NCBI GenBank assembly: GCA_046703545.1
Contig: JBJKSX010000053.1
Coordinates: 25,761-89,760 of the forward strand
Length of the DNA: 64,000 nt
Source of the DNA: Thermoplasmataceae archaeon
GTDB lineage: Archaea > Thermoplasmatota > Thermoplasmata > Thermoplasmatales > Thermoplasmataceae
Reading direction: 5' to 3'
The first letter of the stretch is position 1, and each line of letters begins with the position of its first letter. Below are positions 28,104-37,730 of this stretch, one piece after another. The notes under the pieces were generated by a model, which made no database searches, was not told where the DNA came from, and saw only the letters and a list, made by a program, of their open reading frames with translations. The translations under genes were made by a program, and so were the position numbers.

Positions 28104-28693
28104 GTGTCCCGGAACCTCATGAGGGCAGTCACGTTTCCTGCCAGGGCAAACCATATGAGAAGCACGTTTATTGGTGTGATAAGAAGCCCGTGGAATGTCC
28201 AGCTGCTGTTCACAAAAAACTGGATCAGGATGAATACCATCATGAGGACAAGCCTGTCAGCGCGACCCAGGATGCCAGAGTAGTTTCTCTTGAGCCCGAG
28301 TGCCTGGGATTGAACACCAAGGTAGCTTGTAAGAAGCACTCCGATCACAGCAAGAAGCCCGACGTATGCCTGGGCATGGACACTGAAAATGAAACCCAGC
28401 ATGATGAGAATATCCGAATACCTGTCCAGCACATGATCCATCAGGTCGCCCTTCTTTGATGCAATATTCCTTAGCCGGGCTACCTTCCCGTCTATGGCGT
28501 CAAAGAGTGCCGAAAGGAGAAGTGTGAAAAAACTGAGGAGCATGAGCCACCCTCCCAGATAGAAAAACAGGCCAGTGAAGCCTGCAAGAAGAACGGAGAT
28601 TGCGGATATTGTATTCGGGTTGAACCTCATGAATGTCTTGGAAATTGGTATTAATATCTTGTCCGCTGTGGAACGGTATGAATCAAGCACCAT
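28079..28693 (-). CDS. CDP-alcohol phosphatidyltransferase (archaetidyl-inositol-phosphate/serine synthase-like)
   Basis: Perfect signature D-G-x2-A-R-x8-G-x3-D-x3-D in 'DAIDGKVARLRNIASKKGDLMDHVLDRYSD'. I chose the start at internal ATG 28693 ('MVLDSYRS') to avoid overlap with the upstream gene. Confidence 0.8.
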   Translation of the reverse strand: MVLDSYRSTADKILIPISKTFMRFNPNTISAISVLLAGFTGLFFYLGGWLMLLSFFTLLLSALFDAIDGKVARLRNIASKKGDLMDHVLDRYSDILIMLGFIFSVHAQAYVGLLAVIGVLLTSYLGVQSQALGLKRNYSGILGRADRLVLMMVFILIQFFVNSSWTFHGLLITPINVLLIWFALAGNVTALMRFRDTYRALGSS

Positions 28694-28719
28694 GACAGTG
28701 GAAAATAGACTTGTTTCTC

Positions 28720-29181
28720 TTAATCTTTGTTTTTTGACTTGAGAATGAGGTCCCTGCATTTCTCAAATGCGTCCTCGAGCTTTCCTTCATCCACATGAAT
28801 TCTGTGTATCCTTCCTGCAGGAAGCATTTCCAGGGATTCAGAGTAAATAACGTCGGATCTCAGGGCGTCCAGGTTTTCTCCAATTTTCCTTTCATTGTAG
28901 CCCCGGCTCTCCAGTTCCCTCGCAATCCCGTCTTCGGATCGTTCAAGTATTATGACTGAGCCGCATCCGAGGACATGTGAGAAATGGCTCTCTATCACAT
29001 CAGGGAGTGTTTCCCGGGAAAGGATGAATTTCAGGCATTCCGTGTCCACTTCTCCACTCTCAACGCACCGTTCAGCGCCGGGAATTTCCAGGGCATTCAG
29101 GCACTGTATCCCGCTGTTGTTCAGCCACCTGCAGATGGTGGATTTTCCTGACCCCGGTATTCCGGAAAGGCACCACATCAT
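28720..29181 (-). CDS. Fap7/AK6-like nucleoside-triphosphatase (putative adenylate kinase)
   Basis: P-loop 'LSGIPGSGKSTI', about 150 aa, archaeal COG1936-like layout. 4-nt overlap with tiaS. Confidence 0.7.
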   Translation of the reverse strand: MMWCLSGIPGSGKSTICRWLNNSGIQCLNALEIPGAERCVESGEVDTECLKFILSRETLPDVIESHFSHVLGCGSVIILERSEDGIARELESRGYNERKIGENLDALRSDVIYSESLEMLPAGRIHRIHVDEGKLEDAFEKCRDLILKSKNKD

Positions 29182-30488
29182 TCTGCCTCCGATGAAGGAT
29201 TATCCTCTCCATCCAGTTCAAATGGCCTGCTGATGTGCCTTCTCGCAATGACTGGGACATCGTATTTTCCTGGCAATAGGGCCCTCTCAATTTTCATGTA
29301 GTGTGGAAGATGCTGCCTTGAATGGCAGGAAGGGCAGCGGTAGTCCCCTTCCCCCTTGCTTTTCATTCTTGTTCCGCAATTGGCGCAAAGAGGGCTTTTC
29401 CTTGAAAAATGGCTTGAGAGTTTCAGAATTTCCATTTTCTCAACATTGATTGCCTCGTCCACAAAGGTACCGAACACCCTCACAAAATCTCCTGGAAGCA
29501 ACTGCCTGAAAATTTGCCGGAATTCTTTTGTTGGCTCAAAAGCAGCGACTTTCAGTTTCTTGTATCCTGTCCATATCTGTGAAAAGTAATGCGACCCCGT
29601 TATGGCTTCCGGCCTGATGCTAACTGTCCCCTCCACTGCGTAGGACATTCCATCTTCCAGTACTCTGCTTTCGGGCATTATGTGGTCGTCAGTGGCCTGA
29701 TTGGATTCAAAGCAAACATACCTGTCAACACTGACCCCACTGTCTTCAATCATCCGGGGCAGGCTAAGTATAAGGGGGCTTTTTTTGGTGCCACGCACCC
29801 CAAGAACCACGGGGGTTCTTTCCTTTGGAAAGATTGCTGCATACCTGTTCTTCTGATCCAGGTTATTGAAGGTCCCGGGAATTTCATCAGCATATTCCGC
29901 AATCTTCAATCTTGTGCTATGTGAAGGGTTCCTCCCGGGAGAATCCCTGTATGCAAGAAACTCAAATGTGCTCCTTTTTCCCGGCCATGAAAGGGCCGCA
30001 GCCGCCCCTATAATTCCGCGCCCATTCTTGAATTTGAGCAGTTTCCCCCCATTCTTTTCTATGAAGGACTCTGCATCTGCAATTGAGGCCTCTTCCCTGA
30101 CAGCTTTCCAGTAAAACTCCTGCGGGAAAGGTTTGCGTGAAAGCACGGCTCCAGGATTTGTGTTCGGATCATCCAGGACTGCAAGCTCGTCAATGACCTC
30201 CCTGACAAGTGAATGAAGTTCACCTTCACTTGCATCCTCCTTCAACGTTGAACGTGAAATGATCTTCTTTCCACCCATATCCCCAATAAACTGTGACTCG
30301 CCGCCTCCATGGCCCAGGTTAACCGCCAGGGCTCCGTTTCCCCTGGTCTTGTACCTGATTGCTGGATTGAGCCTCACAAGCCTGGGCAATCCTATGACAT
30401 CCAGTCCGCTTCTCCTGATTATTTCTGTGAGAAGGTAGGTTGTGCACATCCCTTCTCTTGAATCGGTGTCATCAACTGCAAGCAACAT
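29178..30488 (-). CDS. tiaS: tRNA(Ile2) 2-agmatinylcytidine synthetase
   Basis: The N-terminus 'LLAVDDTDSREGMCTTYLLTEI' is the TiaS hallmark. There is a C-terminal zinc ribbon ('CANCGTRMKSKGEGDYRCPSC'). Confidence 0.8.
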   Translation of the reverse strand: MLLAVDDTDSREGMCTTYLLTEIIRRSGLDVIGLPRLVRLNPAIRYKTRGNGALAVNLGHGGGESQFIGDMGGKKIISRSTLKEDASEGELHSLVREVIDELAVLDDPNTNPGAVLSRKPFPQEFYWKAVREEASIADAESFIEKNGGKLLKFKNGRGIIGAAAALSWPGKRSTFEFLAYRDSPGRNPSHSTRLKIAEYADEIPGTFNNLDQKNRYAAIFPKERTPVVLGVRGTKKSPLILSLPRMIEDSGVSVDRYVCFESNQATDDHIMPESRVLEDGMSYAVEGTVSIRPEAITGSHYFSQIWTGYKKLKVAAFEPTKEFRQIFRQLLPGDFVRVFGTFVDEAINVEKMEILKLSSHFSRKSPLCANCGTRMKSKGEGDYRCPSCHSRQHLPHYMKIERALLPGKYDVPVIARRHISRPFELDGEDNPSSEAE

Positions 30489-31265
30489 CTAGGAACCGTA
30501 ACGCCTCTTCCTGTTCTGGTATGAAATAATGGCTTTCAGGAAATCAGCTTTCTTCAGGTCAGGCCAGAAGACATCGGAAAAGTAGAGTTCTGAATAGGCT
30601 GACTGCCAGAGCAGGAAGTTTGAAATTCTTTCTTCCCCGCTGGTCCTCAGGATAAGATCGGGATCGGGGAGATTCTTGTCATATAGGTATTCCCTGAATT
30701 TTTCTTCGGTGAGGTCATCTATTGAGAACTTCCCCGCCTCAATCTCATGGTATATTTTCTTAATTGCGTTTATTATCTCAGCACGTCCGCCGTATCCCAG
30801 GGCGATATTGAGGCTGAACTTCTCGAATGTCTTTGTTGCCTCCTCGACTTTCGCGATGGTCTCAAGAAGAAAATCAGGAAGCACACCATGTTCGCCAATC
30901 ACCTTGACTCTTATCCTGTTTTCATAAATCCTTGTATCATCAAGAAGGTCAAGGAAAGCATCGTTAATCAGCCTGAAAAGAAATTCAACCTCTTTCTTTT
31001 CCCTGCTGAAATTCTCAGTTGAAAAACCATAGACAGTAACAACGCGCACCCCAACATCCAGGCACCACTGAAGCACTTCCTCCAGTTTCTCCTTGCCCCT
31101 GATATGGCCCTCATTCTCTGAGATTCCAACGTCATGAGCATATCGCCTATTGCCATCAGTGATAATGCCAATATGTGTAGGCACTTCACCCTGGAGGGCC
31201 TGGTTGAGCAATATTTTCTCCCGCACCTCCGATGTCAGGTTTCCGATTTGATCGGTTATTCCCAT
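30489..31265 (-). CDS. uppS: cis-Prenyltransferase (undecaprenyl/dolichyl-type diphosphate synthase)
   Basis: 'HIGIITDGNRRYA' and 'RTSGEERISNFLLWQSAYSELYF' motifs. Confidence 0.9.
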   Translation of the reverse strand: MGITDQIGNLTSEVREKILLNQALQGEVPTHIGIITDGNRRYAHDVGISENEGHIRGKEKLEEVLQWCLDVGVRVVTVYGFSTENFSREKKEVEFLFRLINDAFLDLLDDTRIYENRIRVKVIGEHGVLPDFLLETIAKVEEATKTFEKFSLNIALGYGGRAEIINAIKKIYHEIEAGKFSIDDLTEEKFREYLYDKNLPDPDLILRTSGEERISNFLLWQSAYSELYFSDVFWPDLKKADFLKAIISYQNRKRRYGS

Positions 31266-31297
31266 CCAACTGAGGAATTAAGAAATAAGCTAAATAT

Positions 31298-32257
31298 TTA
31301 TCCCCCTGAAAGGGTGGCAGTGAGCGAGTACATGCTCAGGCTTGCAGAATACCCATGAACCTCACGTTTTTTCAATATATCCAGCCCCAGGCTGTTCATT
31401 TCCGACATCCTGCCCGCGAGGCCTTCAACATCAAGGATTTCGTAGTAGTGGATCACCCCTCCCTCCTTCAGCCTTCCCCTTGCCAGCTCAAGGAAATTCC
31501 TGGATTCGTGGGGAAGATTCATGATGATCCTGTCTGCCCTGGGCAATTGGCCAATAACTTCCTCAGCCTTTCCAAGAATTGGCCTGATCGAGCCCTTGAG
31601 TGAATTGATCTCCATATTCCTCTTCATGTACCTGACTGCTTCCGGATTGCTGTCGATTGCTGATACATTCACGGCGTGCTGTTTTGCCATATTGAAAGAA
31701 AACGCGCCGATGCCAGCGAACATGTCAATAATGTACTCTCCATCCTTTGCGTCCTTGGCAACAAACATCCTCTCGGTTGCAAGCCTTGGGGAGAAGTAAA
31801 CCTTCGATACGTCCATCTCAAATACAAGCCCATTCTCCCTGTAAACAGCATTGAAATTCTCCTCGCCCCGAAGCAGTTCGAGGTCTCTGAGCCTGAATTC
31901 GCCAACTATGCCCTTGTCAAGATAGACGGACTTTATCACCGGATGTGATCTGAGAAGGTCTTCGGCAAGTTGCTCAGCCCTCAACTTGTTCCTTATTTTG
32001 GTTATGGCAATATTGCCGATCAGGTCGAAGGCTCCGCTTGAAGTCCTGGGCCTCGGCCTTGATTTTGACGCCAGAGGGTCCATCTCCACTATCTCGTATT
32101 CACCGGATGGGGCCGGAACAAAATCCCCGGCAAGAGGGACAAAGACAAATTCGCTGTCTCTCTGGATCTGGTAGTCATGGTCGATGCCTGTTCCCTCTTT
32201 CAGCTCTTTGATGATGGATTGGGCGTTTTGCTTCAGTATTCTGAGATGTCTTGTCAA
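31298..32257 (-). CDS. trm5: tRNA (guanine37-N1)-methyltransferase Trm5/Taw22-like
   Basis: 'VYFSPRLATER', SAM-binding 'IDMFAGIGAFS', catalytic 'IIMNLPH'. Confidence 0.8.
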   Translation of the reverse strand: MTRHLRILKQNAQSIIKELKEGTGIDHDYQIQRDSEFVFVPLAGDFVPAPSGEYEIVEMDPLASKSRPRPRTSSGAFDLIGNIAITKIRNKLRAEQLAEDLLRSHPVIKSVYLDKGIVGEFRLRDLELLRGEENFNAVYRENGLVFEMDVSKVYFSPRLATERMFVAKDAKDGEYIIDMFAGIGAFSFNMAKQHAVNVSAIDSNPEAVRYMKRNMEINSLKGSIRPILGKAEEVIGQLPRADRIIMNLPHESRNFLELARGRLKEGGVIHYYEILDVEGLAGRMSEMNSLGLDILKKREVHGYSASLSMYSLTATLSGG

Positions 32258-34344
32258 TGACGCCTCCTCTGGAGAAGTGTCCTTGCAAGGTCAATTGTGT
32301 CGTCGGAGAGCTTGTCGGAAAAACCCGCTATCCTGTTGAGTTCCTCCTTTTTTGCACCGGCTATTGAGTCGAGGGACTTGAAGCCTGCACCGTAAAGCCT
32401 TCTTGCCCTGACGCGGCCAATATTTGGGATCGATGTGAGCTCCCAGATATCTTCCTTTATGCCTTCCTTGATCCTGACTGTGAGCATCTCAAAATAAGGC
32501 CTTCTCTCTGGCATCTGCATTGAGGATAGCCTTGAGAGGGAGTACGCCATCCATTCGGCACTGCTCACTTTGGCCTGAATGTCGCCGGGGCCTATGTTGT
32601 ACCTGTTGATCATGTAGTCAAGCGACTTCTCGTTGATCCAGTCGCCCAATACCATGGCAGTCTTGGCGACGTTGAAAACATCCTCTGACTGGCTGTCGTC
32701 GATGTTGTTCTCTTCCAGGAAGAACAGTATGTCCTCAGTGTCATCACTTCTGGCCATGAGAGAGGGAACTTCCGGTGTCTTGCATATATAGAAGAGGGAA
32801 CGCGCATCGGTTATGTTACCTTCTTCTATGTAATTCCTCAGAATCAGCGCAGAAACCGGGTCTATGTAAAGGTCGCTCACAGTTTTTCCAAGTTTAGTGG
32901 AAACCACTTTCTGGTCCTTTTCCCTTACGAAATCATGTTCAAGCAGGAACTCCATAGCTTCCTCAAACCTCATGCTCTGCAGTGTGATGTCAGTCTGGTA
33001 ACCGAGAAGTGTCTTTTCATGGAATGCCATGATGTCCTCCACTGATTTTGCCAGCCCTGTGCTCACAAGAGCAAGTGAATTGAACCTGATCAGCGACTCC
33101 TTGCCCAAACTTGAAAATACAGGTTCTGGCTCGCTTATGAGATATTCCTGTGCGTGTTCAAATGACGATTCAGAAGCAGCGTAAATTATCCCGTAACCGG
33201 TAGTATCATACTTTGGCCTGCCAGCACGGCCCAGCATCTGATGTATCTCGGTGTTTGAAATGTACCCGACATATCCATCAGAAAACCTGGTTATGTCCCT
33301 TATGACCACCACCCTGGCCGGTAAGTTCACTCCCGCCGCCAGGGTTGGCGTTGCGACAAGCACCTTGAGCTTGCCTTCGCGAAAAAGAGTCTCAACGACA
33401 GTCCTCTGCTGCGAGGACAACCCCGCGTGATGGAAGCAAACACCCCTTGGAATAAGTTCGTTGAGTATGTTCTGGTAACGGTCTGATTCGTTGCCCCAGG
33501 GAGGCTCAAATTCAAAATCGCCAATGAGTTCTTCATTCAATTCCAGAGAGAGTTTTCTCGCCTGGTCCTCCGACCTCTTGCGTGAGTTCACAAAAATTAG
33601 CAGCTGCCCGCCCTGAGAAATATAGTGTTCCGAAATGCCAACCAATTCATTCTTTCCTTTGAACTTGACTTCGGTTCCGTCCTCAAATTCTATTTTCTTT
33701 CTGAACATTACGCCCTTTTCAAGCTCCACTGGCCTGAAATTGCTCACCACTGTCTCAGCCTCAATCCATCCAGCAACATCCTCTATGTTTGAGATGGTTG
33801 CAGAGAGGCCAAGAATCCTTGCATCAGGATTAGTGTACCTGGCTGCAGAGAGAAAAGTCTCCAGCCTGGGCCCCCTGTTTTCATCGCCTATGAGATGAAG
33901 TTCATCGGCGACAATCAGTGAGATGTCAAACATTACAGATGGGTCGTGGTGGAAAAGTGAGTCTGCCTTCTCTGAGGTGCAAACAATCACATCGTATTTC
34001 TTGACAAAATCAGGCGAGTCATCGTAGTCCCCAACTGAGATTGCGACCTTCATGCCCAGGGACCTCAGCTTCTTCATATCGTCGAATTTCTCTGAAGCAA
34101 GTGCCCTGAGAGGGACGATATACATTGATTTTCTGCCTTTCAGGAATTCCCTGTAAATCGCGATATAGGCAATCAGGCTCTTGCCGGAAGCGGTTGGAAC
34201 CGACACGATCACGTTGGACCCTCGCTCCATGGCCCTGACAGCCTCCTCCTGGTGCCGGTATAGTTCCAGATCCCTGCCTTCAAACATGTCCATGAACTGT
34301 GCAGGGAGGTCAAGATCGGAAAGTCTCATTGTTCCCGACTCCAT
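32254..34344 (-). CDS. hel308: Ski2-like DNA helicase Hel308/Hjm
   Basis: Motif I 'VPTASGKSL', motif II 'VADELHLIGD', 'ATPTLAAGVNLPAR', motif VI 'QMLGRAGRP', and a C-terminal HhH-like 'IPNIGRVRARRLYGAG'. Confidence 0.85.
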   Translation of the reverse strand: MESGTMRLSDLDLPAQFMDMFEGRDLELYRHQEEAVRAMERGSNVIVSVPTASGKSLIAYIAIYREFLKGRKSMYIVPLRALASEKFDDMKKLRSLGMKVAISVGDYDDSPDFVKKYDVIVCTSEKADSLFHHDPSVMFDISLIVADELHLIGDENRGPRLETFLSAARYTNPDARILGLSATISNIEDVAGWIEAETVVSNFRPVELEKGVMFRKKIEFEDGTEVKFKGKNELVGISEHYISQGGQLLIFVNSRKRSEDQARKLSLELNEELIGDFEFEPPWGNESDRYQNILNELIPRGVCFHHAGLSSQQRTVVETLFREGKLKVLVATPTLAAGVNLPARVVVIRDITRFSDGYVGYISNTEIHQMLGRAGRPKYDTTGYGIIYAASESSFEHAQEYLISEPEPVFSSLGKESLIRFNSLALVSTGLAKSVEDIMAFHEKTLLGYQTDITLQSMRFEEAMEFLLEHDFVREKDQKVVSTKLGKTVSDLYIDPVSALILRNYIEEGNITDARSLFYICKTPEVPSLMARSDDTEDILFFLEENNIDDSQSEDVFNVAKTAMVLGDWINEKSLDYMINRYNIGPGDIQAKVSSAEWMAYSLSRLSSMQMPERRPYFEMLTVRIKEGIKEDIWELTSIPNIGRVRARRLYGAGFKSLDSIAGAKKEELNRIAGFSDKLSDDTIDLARTLLQRRRH

Positions 34345-34445
34345 TGCGATTCAAAACTAAAACTTTGCATAAAATCCAGCCCTTATTCTGGCCAAGTATC
34401 CAGACGCGCCCTTATAAGCCTTGATTAACTTTACTTCTTGAGATC

Positions 34446-35681
34446 ATGGAAAACACAAACAAGGGATACCTAAGGCTTGGATGGGCCCGGGAAAGAATGG
34501 ATGTCTCGGCCCAGATAAGGGAACGCTTTATCAAAGAACAGCCCCTGAAGGGCGTCAAAATTTCTATGGCACTTCACGTGGAGGCAAAAACAGGCATTTT
34601 TGCACTTCTACTGCGTGAGGGGGGAGCCGATGTAAGAATGGCTTCCTGCAATCCGCTCAGCTCGGATGACAGCGTAGTTGAATCACTCAAAACCGATTAC
34701 AAGATGGACGTATACGCTAGAAAGGGAGAGACTGAGGAGGAATATTACGAATACCTTAACAAGACACTTGACCTGAAGCCCAACGTGATAGTCGATGATG
34801 GTGGGGACCTTGTCAAGATAGTAACTGAGGAAAGAACTGATCTCCTGGACAACATAATCGGCGGAAATGAGGAGACCACCACGGGAGTTGTCAGGCTCTT
34901 TGCAATGGAGAAGCAGAACGCTTTGAGATTCCCCATGTTTGACGTAAATGATGCTGAGATGAAGCACTTTTTCGACAACAGGTATGGGACTGGCCAGAGC
35001 ACCCTCGATGGCTTCATGTCCGCAACAAATGTTCTTGTGGCAGGAAAGAGAATAATTGTTGCAGGTTACGGATGGTGCGGTAAGGGCATTGCAATGAGAA
35101 TGAAGGGCCTCGGAGGCCTGGTGACGGTGACAGAAATAAATCCCGTTAAGGCTGTGGAAGCTGCAATGGACGGTTTTGAAGTTAAACCAATGAATCAGGC
35201 GATCAGGGACGCAGACATGGTGGTGACCGCAACTGGAATGAAGAACGTGGTTTCCTACGATGACCTTCTTGTTGCCAAGAAGAACATAATCATAGCCAAT
35301 TCAGGGCATTTCAACAATGAAGTCCCTGTCAAGGACCTGGAGGCAAGGGCCATTGAGAAGAAGCCCGTGAGGGAAACCATCAACAGGTACAAAATCGAGA
35401 ATGGGAACACCATAGACCTCATTGCAGACGGAAGGCTTGTAAACCTTGCCGTGGGACAGGGCCATCCAGTTGAGATCATGGACATGAGCTTTGCCATACA
35501 GGCTCTGACTGCAGAATACCTTGTGAAGAATCACGAGAAACTCGAGAATAAAGTTTACCCTGTTCCGAGAGATATTGACCTTGAAGTTGCAAACCTCAAG
35601 CTCAAAGGGCTCAACCTCACCATCGACAGCCTTTCAGAGGAGCAGAAGAAGTACGCAGAAGAGTGGAAAGAAGGCACTTAG
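34446..35681 (+). CDS. ahcY: Adenosylhomocysteinase
   Basis: 411 aa. 'NPLSSDDSVV', 'IVDDGGDL', 'EETTTGV' and the NAD-binding 'VAGYGWCGKGIAMR'. A TATA-like 'CTTATAAG' (34411-34418) lies about 31 nt upstream. Confidence 0.9.
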   Translation: MENTNKGYLRLGWARERMDVSAQIRERFIKEQPLKGVKISMALHVEAKTGIFALLLREGGADVRMASCNPLSSDDSVVESLKTDYKMDVYARKGETEEEYYEYLNKTLDLKPNVIVDDGGDLVKIVTEERTDLLDNIIGGNEETTTGVVRLFAMEKQNALRFPMFDVNDAEMKHFFDNRYGTGQSTLDGFMSATNVLVAGKRIIVAGYGWCGKGIAMRMKGLGGLVTVTEINPVKAVEAAMDGFEVKPMNQAIRDADMVVTATGMKNVVSYDDLLVAKKNIIIANSGHFNNEVPVKDLEARAIEKKPVRETINRYKIENGNTIDLIADGRLVNLAVGQGHPVEIMDMSFAIQALTAEYLVKNHEKLENKVYPVPRDIDLEVANLKLKGLNLTIDSLSEEQKKYAEEWKEGT

Positions 35682-35696
35682 GCAGGTGACAAGCCC

Positions 35697-36911
35697 TTGA
35701 AGAAGATTTTCATGCTCGTCCTGGACGGTCTGGGAGACAGGCCGAACAGCGCTCTTGGAAACAGGACTGCTCTACAGGCCGCGTACAGGCCCAACCTTAA
35801 CATGCTCACTAGAACCGGCACTGGGGGCATTATGCATCCCATCACCCCGGGATACAGGACCGGCTCCGATACATCCCACCTGAGCCTTCTCGGCTATGAT
35901 CCGGAGAAGTTCTACACGGGAAGGGGGCCTTTTGAGGCCATGGGCCTCGGAATGAAGGTCCTTGGAGGGGATGTTGCGTTCAGGGCCAACTTCGGAACGG
36001 TTGATTCCGGTGGAACAGTTGTTGACAGAAGGGCTGGCAGAATCACCGAAGGGACGTCCGACCTCGCCCGTGCCCTTTCATTGGAGATCGATGGAATTCA
36101 ATTTTTTGTTAAGGCGGGAGTGGAACACAGGGCCGCTCTTGTTATGCGTGGGGAGGGCCTTTCTGATAAGATAACAGATTCTGACCCACATGAGCCTGGC
36201 ATAAAGGTTCACAGAGTGGAGCCCCTGGGCCAGGATGGAAAAGTCACAGCAGAGGTGCTGAATAAATACCTTGCGGAAGCAAGGCGGATTCTTTCAGAAC
36301 ACAGCGTGAACAAGGAGCGCTTGAAAAAAGGGCTACCCCCGGCAAATGAACTTCTTGTCAGGGGGGCAGGGTTGGCTCCCAAACTGACGCAATTCAAGGA
36401 CATATACGGATTGAAAGGAGCCTGCATTTCAGGAATACCGATGATCACAGGAATATGCCAGCTTGTTGGGATGGACAAGATAGATGTGAAAGGTGCCACA
36501 GGCAGGCTTGACAGCGATTTTTCAGCAAAATTCAGGGCAGCATACAAGACCCTGGAAAATTATGACTTCCTTCTTATGAACATCAAGGCAACCGATGTGG
36601 CAGGCCATGATGGGGATGCGGTTGCAAAGAGGGATGCGATCCAGAGAATTGATGCCGCCATGAAGGATATATTCTCACATCTTGACGATATTGTATTCTG
36701 TGTGACCGGGGACCACTCGACACCCTGCAGCCTCAAGGACCACTCAGGGGATCCCCTGCCCATATTGTTCAACACTTCAGGAATCAGGACCGACAAAGCG
36801 AGCCTCTTCGATGAAATTTCATGCACAGCTGGGTCTTACAATGTCAACAGCGGGGATGTGATGAAGATCCTGATGCAGCTGTCAGACAGATCGGAAAAAT
36901 ATGGGGCCTGA
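35697..36911 (+). CDS. apgM: 2,3-bisphosphoglycerate-independent phosphoglycerate mutase, archaeal type
   Basis: 'LVLDGLGDRP', 'TDVAGHDGD' and 'VTGDHSTP' motifs. TTG start. Confidence 0.9.
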   Translation: MKKIFMLVLDGLGDRPNSALGNRTALQAAYRPNLNMLTRTGTGGIMHPITPGYRTGSDTSHLSLLGYDPEKFYTGRGPFEAMGLGMKVLGGDVAFRANFGTVDSGGTVVDRRAGRITEGTSDLARALSLEIDGIQFFVKAGVEHRAALVMRGEGLSDKITDSDPHEPGIKVHRVEPLGQDGKVTAEVLNKYLAEARRILSEHSVNKERLKKGLPPANELLVRGAGLAPKLTQFKDIYGLKGACISGIPMITGICQLVGMDKIDVKGATGRLDSDFSAKFRAAYKTLENYDFLLMNIKATDVAGHDGDAVAKRDAIQRIDAAMKDIFSHLDDIVFCVTGDHSTPCSLKDHSGDPLPILFNTSGIRTDKASLFDEISCTAGSYNVNSGDVMKILMQLSDRSEKYGA

Positions 36912-36922
36912 ACAAAACCCCC

Positions 36923-36929
36923 TTTTTTT
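36923..36929 (+). terminator. Oligo-T archaeal termination signal after apgM
   Basis: A T7 run ('CCCCCTTTTTTTGCTGTTTTCC') begins 12 nt after the apgM stop. Confidence 0.4.
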
Positions 36930-37000
36930 GCTGTTTTCCAGGTTATATTTTTAGCACGTTTGGGCCGATGAAAAACGTTATATATTAACCAGACAATAGC

Positions 37001-37681
37001 ATGTCAGACAAATGGATGACACGTAAGACTTTTGGATTGGGAAACTTAAGAGAGCAGCTTAAGATTCGAAGTATTCAGAAAGAATACGACAAGAAAAACA
37101 AGAAAGAGGTCTTGACATATTCACAACCAAAGGGAATATACTACACAGTTCTGTTTTCACTTCTTCTATGGTGGATCCCCATCGCAGGCCCTGCCATCGC
37201 AGGATATATCGGCGGGAGAAAATCTGGAAGCACAAGCAAGGCACTAGCATCATCACTCATAGCCACATCTGTAATCTTGATTCTTACGTTCCTACTGGCC
37301 CCATTCACAAGCGGACCTCTGTCTGGAGCCAATACTTATTTCGGAAGCGGAGTTCTGACACTTAGTCAGAGCAAATTGTTTGCCTATTCCGGATTGCTCA
37401 GCGATCTGTACACTGGTTACGGCATTTACAAGACATTTGCCATCATACTTCCTGGTTCAGTGGTCGTGCTGAATATTTTCAGTTATACCGGAGGATTCAT
37501 GACAACACTGAAAACGCAGGAGGACCACCTGAACTACAGCTACATGAACCAGAACATAGATGATCAGCTCAGATCAGTGAGATCTGCGCCAAAGGTTAAC
37601 GTCGGAAGAAGAGTGATCAAGGAATTCACAGACGGCTCAAATGATGAAGACGAGGGAATAGGCGGCTGGAGTTACCTCTGA
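37001..37681 (+). CDS. Hypothetical membrane protein
   Basis: Several predicted TM helices ('YYTVLFSLLLWWIPIAGPAIAGYIGG', 'LIATSVILILTFLLAPF', 'FAIILPGSVVVLNIFSY') and an acidic C-terminal tail. The start is uncertain (ATG 37001 or 37016). Confidence 0.5.
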   Translation: MSDKWMTRKTFGLGNLREQLKIRSIQKEYDKKNKKEVLTYSQPKGIYYTVLFSLLLWWIPIAGPAIAGYIGGRKSGSTSKALASSLIATSVILILTFLLAPFTSGPLSGANTYFGSGVLTLSQSKLFAYSGLLSDLYTGYGIYKTFAIILPGSVVVLNIFSYTGGFMTTLKTQEDHLNYSYMNQNIDDQLRSVRSAPKVNVGRRVIKEFTDGSNDEDEGIGGWSYL

Positions 37682-37730
37682 CCAGACTTTCCCTATAATT
37701 TATTAGCCCTTTTTTCTTAACTAAGAGAAA

